A stretch of DNA of 59,365 nucleotides, counting the filler, from Sphacelaria rigidula (Eukaryota): assembly GCA_964200075.2 (NCBI GenBank). It is 9 parts of 9 records of this genome, joined end to end, with 100 filler letters (N's around TTAATTAATTAA, not from the genome) between each part and the next. Parts side by side here need not be neighbours in the genome. Positions count along the whole stretch, not along the records: positions 13,217 to 19,723 come from CAXNAA020019661.1; positions 19,824 to 26,330 come from CAXNAA020019662.1; 7 more parts are not named here. One strand, written 5' to 3'. The notes under the pieces were generated by a model that did not search any database, was not told the DNA's origin, and saw only the letters and a program-made list of their open reading frames with translations. Shown piece after piece: positions 14,008 to 25,440 of this stretch (positions within the stretch are counted from its first letter, which is position 1; each line of letters begins with the position of its first letter). The translations under genes and the position numbers were made by a program.

Positions 14008-14371
14008 GTGCTTTTGTTTGTGTTGTCCCATACATTCTGGACGCCGGTCTACACCTTTTTCGTTATATGTGGGCGGACCAGCCGGGGTCACACAGGAGGA
14101 GGGTCATCACAAGAGTTTTTGTTTCGTTCATCTTGCTTTCATTACCCCACCTTGCTTCTGCGGTGCTTGCCTTCATTTTTTATCGCGAGTCGAGTTCAGC
14201 AGTCCCCTTCCCTCGTCGACCGTTAAGTCAAATTTTGTGTACCCACGACATAGTCGCTCTTCACTGTTGAGCATGGCGTGGGAAAAAATACCGGATCGCT
14301 CCGCAAATTCAACCCACGACCCAACCGTCGAAAGGTGTAGAGGTTACCAACTGAGCCACCGCGGCGACCGG
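14008..14371 (-). mobile_element. tRNA-derived SINE-like element
   Basis: Minus strand starts CCGGTCGCCGCGG-TGGCTCAGTTGG (Pol III A box, 14358-14347), then a degenerate B box GGGTTGAATTTG (14315-14304). Body contains AAGGCAAGCA and ends in a CA/CAAA-type tail near 14008-14025. The 3' boundary is approximate. Confidence 0.6.
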
Positions 14372-14454
14372 TGGACTCACATCACTTTGCGATACTACAC
14401 TATCGCCGGCAGCTGGGTAAGGGCAAGCCTCGGAACTGTTGCAAATGTGCTGGG

Positions 14455-14458
<4 letters not shown>

Positions 14459-14491
<33 letters not shown>
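14459..14491. repeat. (TC)n microsatellite
   Basis: Perfect TC dinucleotide run. Confidence 0.95.
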
Positions 14492-14494
<3 letters not shown>

Positions 14495-15247
14495 GTCTCT
14501 CTCCCGAAAACATGCGACTTTAATTTGCGCCTGTCCCGTCCCGACCAACAGCGAATCGCCCACCCGCAATTTGCAGCCGCAAGGCAGCATGTCCTGCAAT
14601 GTTACTTAGGTCAGGACTCGTTGCCTTCCGTGAGGAGGCAAAACATCCACGGTACGCGCTGTTGCTAGCTACGAGACCGTACTAGCAAAGCCGATCTTGA
14701 TCATCGCGGGCTCGTTGTCCGTAGCTGTAAAATGTGAAGTGTGTGTATGATGGGTTTCCCCCCCATGAAAAGATTGAACGCCCAATGTTTTTCGTCTCGT
14801 CGAAAACGGGAAACGAGAAAGGTTATGCTTCGGTCCTCAGTTTTCCACCTCATGCCAACTGACACAAAAAATAGAAGCGGGCACGTCGTGTCCCTCCACA
14901 TCCCCACCTACCCACAGGTACCCTTCATTTGTTATCTTCTGGTATTTGACTCCACTGGGCGTTTGGGCTCAAGTAACCCGCTCGAAAAAGGGGGGCCAAA
15001 AACTGCTCATCACTCGACAACAGTATGGGCCCAGAAGGCCGTCGCGTTCACCGATTTCTCGTCCCATAAAAAACGACTTCCGTGATGGGAACGTTGGTTT
15101 GCTGTTTGGGATGGACTTGATGCAACGCAGGCGTACAGTCACAGGTTGTCCATCTCGCTGTTTGTGTGCAACCCCCTGGTTCTTTAGATTGTGCTGGGGA
15201 ATGTTACCTGAGTTGCTTATCATGCTGTCGCGCTGGACGTGTTGCAG

Positions 15248-16475
15248 GAGAAGGTTGAGCTGGTCGTACCCCCGGAAGGGGCCGAGGTTGGAGAGCGACT
15301 CGTGTTCGGGGGCATTGAGGGAGGACCATTTGAGCCGATCTCCGGAGCGCAGATGGAAAAGAAGAAGGTTCTCGATGCGGTATTGCCGGTGAGAAGATAT
15401 CCGTTTGATACACGAGGCGCAGCGCCGAAAAATATATAGTCAGCCCGGCCTTGGGAACATAGCGCTAATCGATAGTTTCGGGATCGGATTTGCTCTGGGA
15501 ATGCGTTAGGGTCAGAGTTGGGGGGTTGTATAGCAGATTGTGGTATTGGTAGTAGCGTCTTCAGCACCGAGTGTCGCTTCTTGCGCCGGTGGGTGACATG
15601 TGAACATATATTTTTGCGTGCTGTTCGAGCTCTGCCAGTCGGGTCTAGGCTTTTGCTGTCATGGGGCGTTGTGTGTAGCATCCAATGTCGAGCAACGTGC
15701 CATTGCTGCCGTAACCTCCACGTACTTTGTGCGCTTTTGGATACCTACTCGGTTTTCCTCGTCGTATCATCCTTGAAGACTTGGCGCATGTTCGTCCGTT
15801 TTACATGATACTGTCATCGCTTGGACTCCTCCGCTTCAAAGTGGTCATTCGCTCGTCACTGATTTGTGTGCCGAATGTCCAACTGCAACAGACGGGACTG
15901 TGATCTTTTAAACACCTCATCGTGTTCTGTTTCCCAGGCCTGATCCACCGACAGTCCCGCGAGGTCTTGGAGGATGATTTGTGTCCGTGTAGATGGACGC
16001 CAGACTGTTGACAAGAGTGACGCAGAGCAAGTTTTGGCCAATGGGCACGCGGCAGGACATGTAAATATATATATATATATGTATATATATAATGCCACGC
16101 TCAGGGAGCAGGGTGCATTTTGTGTTGTTCGTGCATCATTCTGTTGTGTGTGTGCTCACATTTTCGTACATGTACTACTAGCCTCATCAGCGTATTTATG
16201 ATTTTCCCCCCTGTACCACGACCGCCACATGCTGCTGGCCACGGCGTATGTATCAGAAAATGCGAATCGCAACGTGTACCTGGCAGCAAACCCCTTTTCC
16301 CTGTAAGGTGCTGCCTCTTCACCAATAGTATCTCGAACCGCGCCGCCGTGCTTAAAAACCGGTCTTTCATTGTCCAACTAGCGGTCCGGACATTGAACGA
16401 GTTCATTCACTTCTTACCGAATTACGTACCCCAGCTATATATTTTGACCTCCATCCTTCTGGATTTGTCCAACCA

Positions 16476-16519
<44 letters not shown>

Positions 16520-16633
16520 TTGCAGGATCTGGTGACCGACGCAAATGGTGCTGTGAAATGGCGAGATCACGCCCTTTTGTCTTCTAGCGGTCCATGTGCT
16601 GCGCCCACAATACGAAACGGGCCTGTTCGTTGA
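15248..16633 (+). CDS. C-terminus of a protein with an EMAP-II/Arc1p-like tRNA-binding OB domain (AIMP1/Arc1 cofactor, or MetRS/TyrRS appendage); last two exons 15248-15388 and 16526-16633
   Basis: Spliced EKVELVVPPEGAEVGERLVFGGIEGGPFEPISGAQMEKKKVLDAVLP|DLVTDANGAVKWRDHALLSSSGPCAAPTIRNGPVR*. This follows the family pattern VE-x-x-x-PP-x-G-x-x-x-GER...KKK...PDL-x-T...G-x-C-x-A-x-T...G-x-I/V at the extreme C-terminus. Canonical TGCAG|GAG, CCG|GTGAG and TGCAG|GAT, all phase 0. Confidence 0.85.
16478..16517. repeat. (GT)n microsatellite directly upstream of a splice acceptor
   Basis: Perfect TG run ending just before TTTGCAG|GAT at 16526. Confidence 0.95.
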
Positions 16634-17430
16634 CCCCGGAATATGCCCGCGGTGCCGTTTCAGATTCAGTCTTTGTTTGCGTGCGTGACTTCTGTTTTGG
16701 TCGGTTTTGATGTGATGTAGAAGCAGTTTCCGTGCAAAGTACGCATCTCGGGCGATGCTCCTTCGCTTTCTTACGAACGGCGGACATCAAAAACAAAAAC
16801 AAGACATCATATTGCGGTTGCGTGAAGGAGAATTCTCGTCACCTCAGTCCGAGTGTGTTGGGGAAGACATGTTGACGAGGATCCCGACGTCCTGGTCGTT
16901 AGCGCCGCTTGGGAAATTCAGTTGCTTGCGGTGTGCTCACTTTAAAAATCAACTCGTCTTCACAAGTAGTCATGAGAGCGTTCATTTACAAGAGGTCAAG
17001 ACAAACTACACGATTGAACCTGCGACAACAATACGATTGAGCCTGCGACAGATATGTCTCAGTGAGAGTGCTCATGAAGCACCAGGGCGGCGCTGCCTGA
17101 GCATCTATATTCGTCGCGACGGTACGATGACACCTCTCGCAGAGTTCGGAAATTGTCGATTTCTACCTTCATTTTTTCTCAACTATTCGGGACAGACATT
17201 CAAAGTATGGAGAAGAAAGGCAGGTTGGAACTCATCGAGTCATTTTGTATGCATACTGTTGAGTGTGCACACATATATATTTTGTACATGTTTACAGCAA
17301 TTCTGGGTCAGTTTAAACGTTGAAGTACTGGATCAAACCTCCCCTTTTTGGTTTTATCAGCTCTGCTCCACAAGACTAACCCACCTGCCGTAAAGTGCAG
17401 GTTAAGATCTACCGGTAGATCTTTATCTAA

Positions 17431-17898
17431 GGCCGGATGTTACGGCGAAGAGATTTTTAGCCCACGGATTGTTCACTTTTGGGACGTTTGAGCCACTTTT
17501 TGACCCTCAAACAGGGAAAATCGCGAACACTCGTCTCGGACAATTTGCATCACCCCACAGAGAGGATCCTAGTCTGCTTTCAGATGCGCTTGGCATCGAG
17601 GTTTCGAGATTGGCCGCTAAACAAGAAATCGTGTGCAAAATCTGTGTTCGCCGACCCCCGCCAGTTTGCCCAATAATCTGTGGAGATCGCCACAGATTTT
17701 ATTGCACACGGATTCTTGTTCAGCGGCCGCTGTCGAGCCAAGCGAATCTGAAAAGCAGACTGGGCCCCTCTCTATGGGGTGATGCAAAGTGTCCAAGACG
17801 TGTGTCGGCGATTTCCCTGTTGGGAGTCAGAAAGTGGCTCAAACGTCCCAAAAGTGACAACCCGTGGTCTAAAAATCTGTGTGCCATAACATCCGGCC
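17431..17898. mobile_element. PIF/Harbinger (Tourist)-like foldback MITE, 468 bp, TAA TSD
   Basis: TAA|GGCCGGATGTTA ... TAACATCCGGCC|TAA. The arms stay complementary for about 200 bp around a short centre. A truncated family member ends at 46329 followed by TTA. Confidence 0.8.
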
Positions 17899-19576
17899 TA
17901 ACACTAGTACTCCACTACTCAGAGGAGTCTTCGCTCCGTGGAGGTCCGATTCGATAGAAAAATATCAAGAGTATTTTTATTGACCGTAGCGCCATATATT
18001 CAGCTTCTGGGTCATGGTGTGAAACTTGTTGTTGTATCGCCTTACCATGCCTTGCCATGCCTCGTCGCCTCCCCTTGCCTTGCCCTGTCTTGACTTGTTC
18101 GGTGTGCCGAACTGTCTAGTTTCCCTACTTTGGCCTTCTGGTCTCGCATGGTCACATACCATGTACAGCAGCCGACGATGTTTTCTTATTTTTTGTTCGT
18201 TTTTCCGCGTGGTACGTGCATGTGTAGTTATTTTTTCGCTGACGTGATTGTAGGACTCCACTGTAATGCGTGAGAGGACCGCGTGCTTAGAGGACCGCAT
18301 CATAGTCCGAAAGAACTCAGGATCGACGTTTTTCAAAACCAATCGAGCCAGGACCACGCCCCTGACCCTGACCCCAACGCAAACTCTAACCCTAACCATA
18401 ATCATGGCGATGTTCAGATTTCGACGCCGTCCTCTTACGAATTACACCTCTCTCCGGGGCACCGTATTTCGTGTTCGTGGGTGTATTACTCATATCTCTG
18501 GTTGTACTCTGCTTTTTGGGGACTACGCTTTGGGACAACGGGCGTTAGATTTCTGGAAAATGCCTTTCGTGAGAAACAACAAGTACAACAAGAATGGCAG
18601 CTTCAGATGTATACACATGCGAAGTATGAATGAATGTGTAACATCTCATATAATTAGTTGATGGTCCGGTCAAATCCATGTCGCGACATGTATTTAGTTA
18701 CGTCCATGACTATTCGAGTAACTGTCAGCGTTCGTCCCATGAGCCTCGCGTTAGAGCCTGGTATCATATAAACTTTTCGAGATATAGTGTATCTATGTAT
18801 ACCCCTCCCGAAAAAAGTGATACGTCATAAAAGTTGATATATTCGTAGTAGTCATGTTCATATACCCCCCATTTTTCCATATATCGCTATGAATCTGATA
18901 TATTTAGGGTATATGATATATAGGGGTATATATATACTATATATACTATATATCACGTGATTTCTGGCTGTGTGACGTGTATCACCTGGCATCTGTATCA
19001 TAAGAATATTCATGTTCCTTTTTTATTATTGCTGGCGCCCCACACGTGATCCCTCCGACCTCCGACCTTCAGGGCATATCACAGGTCAGGCGGCTGTTAT
19101 AATACAATGCTCCTTCGACCGACTGCAACCGGACGAACCCCGACCGAAAAATCAAACCAAAGCAATAAAAACTGTAGCAAATCAGAACACCGATGGTTCA
19201 GGTGCAAGGGGAAAAACACTGGACGCTCGATTCGCCTGGCACGGAGTTGCACTACTCCGAAACCCCGAGAAAATAAATTTCACGCCACCCGCTAGCTTCA
19301 TCCGGCCCCCCACTCGATACGAGAAGCACGTGTCGATCCTTGCGGTTTCGGCAGTGGTCGAAGACGGCCTGGGGGCGGTGTTGGGGGTGGGCGCAGTCGA
19401 AGGCGACTGCTGCTGAGACTCGCCTGTAGCCGGGGATGAAGGTGCCTGGGCGTCGCTCATCGCGTCAAAACTTCACCTCAATACTCGTACGTAATTAAAG
19501 TCTCACGGGTGGCCACTGGAGTCTGTAACCTGGCCATTTTGGGACCTTATCCACCTTTGGCAAGGTCCGCGGGTTG

Positions 19577-19723
19577 GGTAGACAACTGAAGAGCATTCGT
19601 ACAACATGGACAGGTTTGGAACAAAGCATGTTCCAGTCTACAGGGGAGTCACCCGCCTATAGACTGGGACATGTTTTGTTTCGATCCTGTCCATGCTGTG
19701 CGAATGCTCCTCAGTTGTCTACC
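19577..19723. repeat. 147-bp near-perfect hairpin (about 68-bp stem)
   Basis: GGTAGACAACTGAAGAGCATTCGTACAACATGGACAGG... pairs with ...CCTGTCCATGCTGTGCGAATGCTCCTCAGTTGTCTACC. Short loop near 19645-19655. Ends at the contig end. Confidence 0.85.
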
Positions 19724-19823
19724 NNNNNNNNNNNNNNNNNNNNNNNNNNNNNNNNNNNNNNNNNNNNTTAATTAATTAANNNNNNNNNNNNNNNNNNNNN
19801 NNNNNNNNNNNNNNNNNNNNNNN
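19724..19823. other. Artificial contig linker
   Basis: N44-TTAATTAATTAA-N44. Confidence 0.98.
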
Positions 19824-20769
19824 CACGCACATCGAGAACGCCTTCCATTTAAGCGACTAATATCCGCCGTCACAGTTCACCCCCCTGCTGCCTGCGAATG
19901 TGACCAAAAGAAGTATACTTGACGGTACATTTAGTGAGGCATGGGGGGTGGGGTATCATTTGCGCGTAGGGAAGCGGAGGTGGAGTTTTGTTCTTTCACG
20001 GCGCCCTTTCGACACATCATCCCCACCCCATGATGATAGTGCTGGGCCTGAGCACCTCGATGAAAAAGCAGTAAAACACACTTGTCGGGTACCCCATACA
20101 CAACCAATTCATGCCGCTGCAACCGTTCGCGTCTCGGTAGTAGTGCCAACACCCCTGCACCCAAGACCCCTCACATGGAAAACCGATCAATCATGAGATC
20201 AATTTTCCCAAACATGGGTCAGGCAAGTAATTGCAAGTTAAGAACAACTTCCTCGAGCTTTGGTAGGTATCCCGCTACAAAATTTCAGAACAACGTTCCC
20301 AACCGATAGTCTTCTACATCAAACATTATCTGAAAGACGCTGAGCTTGTTCCGTTCTGTCGTGCGCATGTGAGATCGACGTGTTCCTTGGCGCCAGACTA
20401 GCAGCTCACGCGAAACATAGGCTCCACCTCATACGGGCCGCTCTCCTTCCCCCAAAATCCAAGGGGTGTGATGATAGGAGCACCGGTTGAGCTGGATGCT
20501 GATCAATGACCCAATCCTAACTCTGACAATCTTGAGCATCATCTCCCGCCTAGCGGTAACCCAGAATCAGACGGAAGCCGCGCCAAATAACTCTGCCCTT
20601 TTTTTTGTACATACAACAACCGACCGCCCGGTGCACTTTTTTTACACACAACACAGGAAAGGATAGGTACGACCACCCCACGCAAGAATGAGCACAAACG
20701 ATGCGTCCAACGGGGACGACGACAACGAAAACAGAAGAAAAGTACGCTAGGAACCCCTTCAGTCACGCG

Positions 20770-23700
20770 CTACTTCTTCTTAGCTTTTGCGCGAGAAGCG
20801 CGTGGCCTTATAACTGGCCTGGGCGCCGGCTCTTCCTTCGCCTTTGACCGCGTCGCTCGACCAACTTTACCACTGCCGGCACCAGTACCAGCACCTCCGC
20901 CACTACCACTGGGACCGCCTTCCTCCCCCTCCTTCATTCCATCATCGCCGCCCTTCGTCTCTTGCACTCCGGAATCTGCGTCAGCCTCGGGCGGTTCGGT
21001 TCTAGTCTCCTCCGTCCCCGCTCCACTCCCTACCACGGCCGCCACATCACTTCCCGCTGCCGCCCCGCCGCCGGATTCTCTTGGTTCTTCTTTCGCCGTG
21101 GCCAATCCATCCGCCCCTCTAGTGATCCTGCTCCTTCTGCCGCCTGCCTGCTGCTCAACGCCTGCCCCCGCCGCTCCTTCGGTGCCGGCGCCGGCATTTT
21201 TTTGCGGTTCGCTGCCCACCAGAGCCCCGCTCATTCGAACTACGCCCTCCGAAGCGGTAACTTCCGTGGATGTGGAGGCGGCCGATGCGATCTCTGTAGC
21301 TGGCGGTCCTGCCACTGCTGCAGAGGAAGGAGAAGATGCGCCGCGGACGACGCCTTCTGACGGGGACACCTGCGTAGCCACGCCGCCGAGCTCACCCAGC
21401 GCGTTCGCGTTCGAAGCCGCTGGACCGGAAGACGTCGTTGTTTCCAATGCCATCGTCGTGGCCGCTGCTGACGTTTCCTCCCCTCTTTTGCTTGCTGTAG
21501 CTACTGTTGTTGCTGCTACCGTCCCAGATTCCGACGCCAACACTGCCATTTCTGCGTCTAACGAGGCCGACGACGACGAGGCACCCCCCACCGCCCTCGC
21601 TCCTCCTCCTCCTTCTTCCCCACCTCTGTGTTCACTGATGCGAACGTTCTCCACCGCCGTCGACAACTCCCCTCCACCATCACCGCCACCGCCATCCCCA
21701 CTACCCTGGCCTTCCCCTTCCAAGGCATGCTGCTGCTCCTCCTCCTCCTCCTCTTCTTTTTTCAAAGCCACCGGCGCCTGCTGCTGCTTCTTCCTCGGCT
21801 TCGGCTTGAACTTCTTCTTACCAGCAAGACCACCAGCAGCCTTAGACGCTCCGCCACCCCCGGCAGCACCAGCGAATCCCGTGAATCTGCCTTCGTCGGC
21901 TGCAGCAGGTTTTCCTTGCTCGACATCGGCTTCGTTGTAGCCTTCGCCAAGCGCGCCTGCTGACGGGCCGCTCGCTGCGGCGGCGGCCCCTCCGCCGCCG
22001 GTTTCCTCCTTCCAGGAAGAGGACTTGACCTTAGTCGTCGTTTTGCCCGAAACAACGATCGGAGCTTGCAGGGCCATGCGCACGCCCCCAGCCAATTCCA
22101 ACCTCTCGGGGAAGGATTCCATACATTCGCACGAAGGAACCGCGAGGATATCCGCGCCTAGCTTCGTCTGTCATGTGTATATGTGTGTACGCGCGTGTGT
22201 TGTATGAGGTGTCGAAAAAAACACGTAGCGTACGATGAGTCATTAGAGAGGGTGTTTTTTGTATCGATACAACTTCCTCTTGTGTATGTATGTGCGTGTT
22301 TGGACGGATTATTGGTGGAGGCAAACCGGAGAGTAGCAAAGAGTTGAAAAAAAAAAAACTACTCCGCCCCCCACTCCCTACCCCCCGCCCCTACCTGTTG
22401 GATCCCCCGAGAAAATTCAGAGAGGAAACAGGGCGACAGCCATCAATCAGATCCGTGGGGTACAGAATATTGGAGTACGACAAGGTGATGCATCTACTTT
22501 CATCCAAACTACCCTTCATCTTGTCCTCCCCCGCTCCCCCCTTCTGCACACAGTTTTACCACGAATGTTGTGCTTACCTGGAGAGTGGTGGCCAGAGCAT
22601 CCAGCCGCTGCTCTTCCATTTGTATCACGTCTGGATACTGTAAGCCGAAGCTAATGCCATCCTTCACCTTGGGCACCCACCTTTGTTTACCGCATAGTAA
22701 CAAACGGGAGCAAAAAAAAATCAGAGTAGGGCGCGTTACAAAGACGAGGCGACAAGAGAGTGTCAACAAAATAGGACATTTTTTTTTTCCCTTTCGTTGT
22801 CTACGTCGTGGGGAAAAGACAACGACTTGACAGGACGAGGGACCGTGGAACCGTGTCTTTGACCTATCGGGGACCACACGTCAAGGGCACACATGCCACC
22901 AACAACATGCAAGCGCATGACTTTACTACCCAACCGGGAAGGCGGGTCTTCTTATTTTTTCACAGCGATCTTAAGCACCACGGCACGCGACAACTGTCAC
23001 ACACAAACACACACACACATGTGAAGCATGACATATATAACGTATGGTTACTGTACGTAGTCACTGTTCCGTATATGTGCCCCGAATTGGCAACTGCATG
23101 CTGAGTACAGGGTATGTACAGTCCTGGACGTTTCGATCACGTATACTTTTTTCACCTTTTTTTTTCGTGACTCTCAAGGACGGGATACATTTCACGCAAG
23201 ACAGCCGGTAGGGATCATTGTGAAGTAATTCTTGGGGGATATTGGGGTATCAGGGCGAGAGTGTCTCGCCCCCCTCGCTTCGACCCCACCTCAAGTCCGT
23301 TCTGTCAGTACCTCTTGTACGGCAACCACTTGACTACTCGTTAATTCACACGAAAATTGCAACGTCTCTTTTTTGGCCTCAGTTATTGCGGACTCATTAG
23401 TGTAGCACTGGGTGATTTCATCCGTGGCCCAGAGCATGTCAACAGTCCAAGCATCATGTTTCTTTGCCGGCCGTGCGGAAAACACACGGAAAAGTATTGC
23501 CACAGCGACAAAGCACAATCTGCCTGCAGCAGCACCTTGAAAAGAACGGATGCCCATCGTAAAGGCCTCTGCACGCACAATCAAGTGACACAAAACAAAG
23601 CGTCTGCGTAAGCACTTGAGTACACACACAACAAGGTCACCCCCACCCGCCCCTCGCCCCCACAATGGTCTTGTGACTACGGGATGCAAGATCATGAGTC

Positions 23701-25317
23701 CACGTCTCACCCACCACCCTCACACCCATCACTCAACGTTTACACTCAACGTTTACTGCTCACAAGAAGTGCACGGCTCTCCACCTTTTCTTACCGTTTC
23801 TTCTCTGTGTTCAACTCCGCGACGTTGGAAAGGATCTCCTTCAGTGCTACGGGACTAAGTTCCGTAAAACGACGCTGCAAGTCCAGTCGGGAAACTGCAC
23901 CGTACCTGCTCACGTGTTCATCGCCCATGTCGTTCGGTTTAGATCACGTGTGAAACAAAGGAGGGGGGAAGGGGGAGGAGGGGGCGAAGGAGGCCATGCA
24001 GTATTCATGTCAGGGTACGCGCAAACTTACCAGGTATCCACACGCACACACACACACACATTTGTATTGCCCATCGGTGTCGGTTCATCACAAGATGAAG
24101 TTAGCGACTACTATTCGTGTCCCAACTGCGCTGTATTGGCAGTCACGGACAAGCGCATCGCCTTCGTGCCCCATCACCACCTAGTCAACAGCAACACCTT
24201 AGATTTATATATACCGTACGCTCACAAAGCAATTTCTGCGTACAGTGAAGTAGTAGTCAGCGTTGAAACTTCACCGCGACCTTTATGATACAGTATTTCC
24301 CATCTTCACCCGAAAGCTCTAGAATCGGTACTCATCAAGAGATTAAAAAGGCTTCACGGGGTATATAGCATTTCTCAACCTTGGCGCCGTCGTGGTAATA
24401 CGAGGTAAAAACCCGTTCATGTTGGGGAGGAGGGAGGGGGGGGGTATACTAATAACCTCAGTTTGGTTCAAACACGCGGGCTTTCGGCTTCATCACAATA
24501 AATGGCTATAACAACATAAAAGTGAGAGTGAAAGTGAGCCTTAATAATCGCTCTTCGGAACGATCGGGATCGCTTCGATCGAGCGTAAATTTCAGACACC
24601 GAGAACTTGTGGGGCTCTGTATTCGTAAGACCTCCGACAACCGGTTGGCCTGGCAGTCGGTAGAAACTGATTGCAGGTACTAGTATATCTCTCCACCACC
24701 CGAATTTAGTACTTGACGTTCACCGTGATGAGTCGCTGTAATCGGAGAACCTGATAACGTCGCTGTCGACGAAAGTTCCCCGCTTGAACGTTGACTACTT
24801 TATACCCCTCCCGTTCTCCCTGTCCATGGCAACCAATTGCAGGGGGTACCAAACGCGGCGCACCCCCCTCCCCCCCCTCCCCCTCTTCTCCCCCCCCGGC
24901 GCCCCGTCTCGAAAGGGATGCGTGGTCAACGGTAAAACCATCAAGGCAAGCTGCACATGAGTACGCCCCCCCACTCTCCTCCCCTCCTCTCCCCCTGCCC
25001 CTCTCCGGCCCGCCCCCTCTACAACAGGATTAACAGGTATGTAGACCATTGCTATACCCCCTCAACAGCCCTTTCAAACCCCAATTGCGTCCGCTTCACC
25101 TGTGGAACAAAATTAAGATGGCGGAGAGACAGTCCGCATACTCTGGGTCCTTTGGCCAAATATCCGTAGGCCGGGCCGCCCAGTTCCCCCTGACCAACAG
25201 ACCCAGCTGTCTGCCCGGTGTGCCCAGGACTCGAGTCAAGACATCCGCTGACATGTTGGTAACGCTCGCCAACATCGAAGCGGGAACAAGGTGCGCCAAC
25301 TTGAGGTAGGCCAGGAT
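20770..25317 (-). CDS. POLR3E: DNA-directed RNA polymerase III subunit RPC5 (POLR3E/Rpc37/Sin-like), 3' four exons: 25317-25100, 23905-23795, 22680-22578, 22167-20770; 5' part outside the contig
   Basis: All junctions are GT-AG with matching phases (2, 2, 0). Product: ILAYLKLAHLVPASMLAS...LLVRGNWAARPTDIWPKD...ILILFHR|YGAVSRLDLQRRFTELSPVALKEILSNVAELNTEKKR|WVPKVKDGISFGLQYPDVIQMEEQRLDALATTLQ|TKLG... It recalls the RPC5 motifs LVQGNWVVKSDILYPKD, LKDFLEHMA-like helix, W...F.KKHPDVV and IQAKL (recognised from memory, no search run). A long low-complexity last exon follows. Confidence 0.75.
24904..24972 (+). mobile_element. Family A SINE-like unit in the RPC5 intron
   Basis: CCGTCTCGAAAGGGATGCGTGGTCAACGGTAAAACCATCAAGGCAAGCTGCACATGAGTACGCCCCCC inside C-rich flanks. 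Confidence 0.7.
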
Positions 25318-25364
25318 CTGTACATCCAAGCAGCAGTAATGACGGGAAAGGCATACGTGCGTGT

Positions 25365-25440
25365 GGGGGGGGGGGGGAGGGGCGTACTCATTTGTTGCTT
25401 GCCTTAGTCGTTTGACCATTGACCACGCATCCCTTGCGAC
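25365..25440 (-). mobile_element. Family A SINE-like unit in the RPC5 intron, inverted relative to the 24904 copy
   Basis: Minus strand GTCGCAAGGGATGCGTGGTCAATGGTCAAACGACTAAGGCAAGCAACAAATGAGTACGCCCCTCCCCCC... Confidence 0.75.

Noticed and set aside
13937..14668. 243-aa plus-strand ORF
   Set aside because: Runs antisense through the SINE-like element and the TC microsatellite; not protein-like.
19182..19460. ORF MSDAQAPSSPATGESQQQ... as a possible first exon
   Set aside because: Low complexity, with no convincing donor site or linked downstream exon.
20962..21963. Plus-strand ORFs of 111-280 aa
   Set aside because: Antisense shadows of the GC-rich low-complexity last exon of the RPC5-like gene.
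9071..25317. Functional cluster of SDR, tRNA-binding protein and Pol III subunit
   Set aside because: The three genes are on different contigs joined by artificial linkers.
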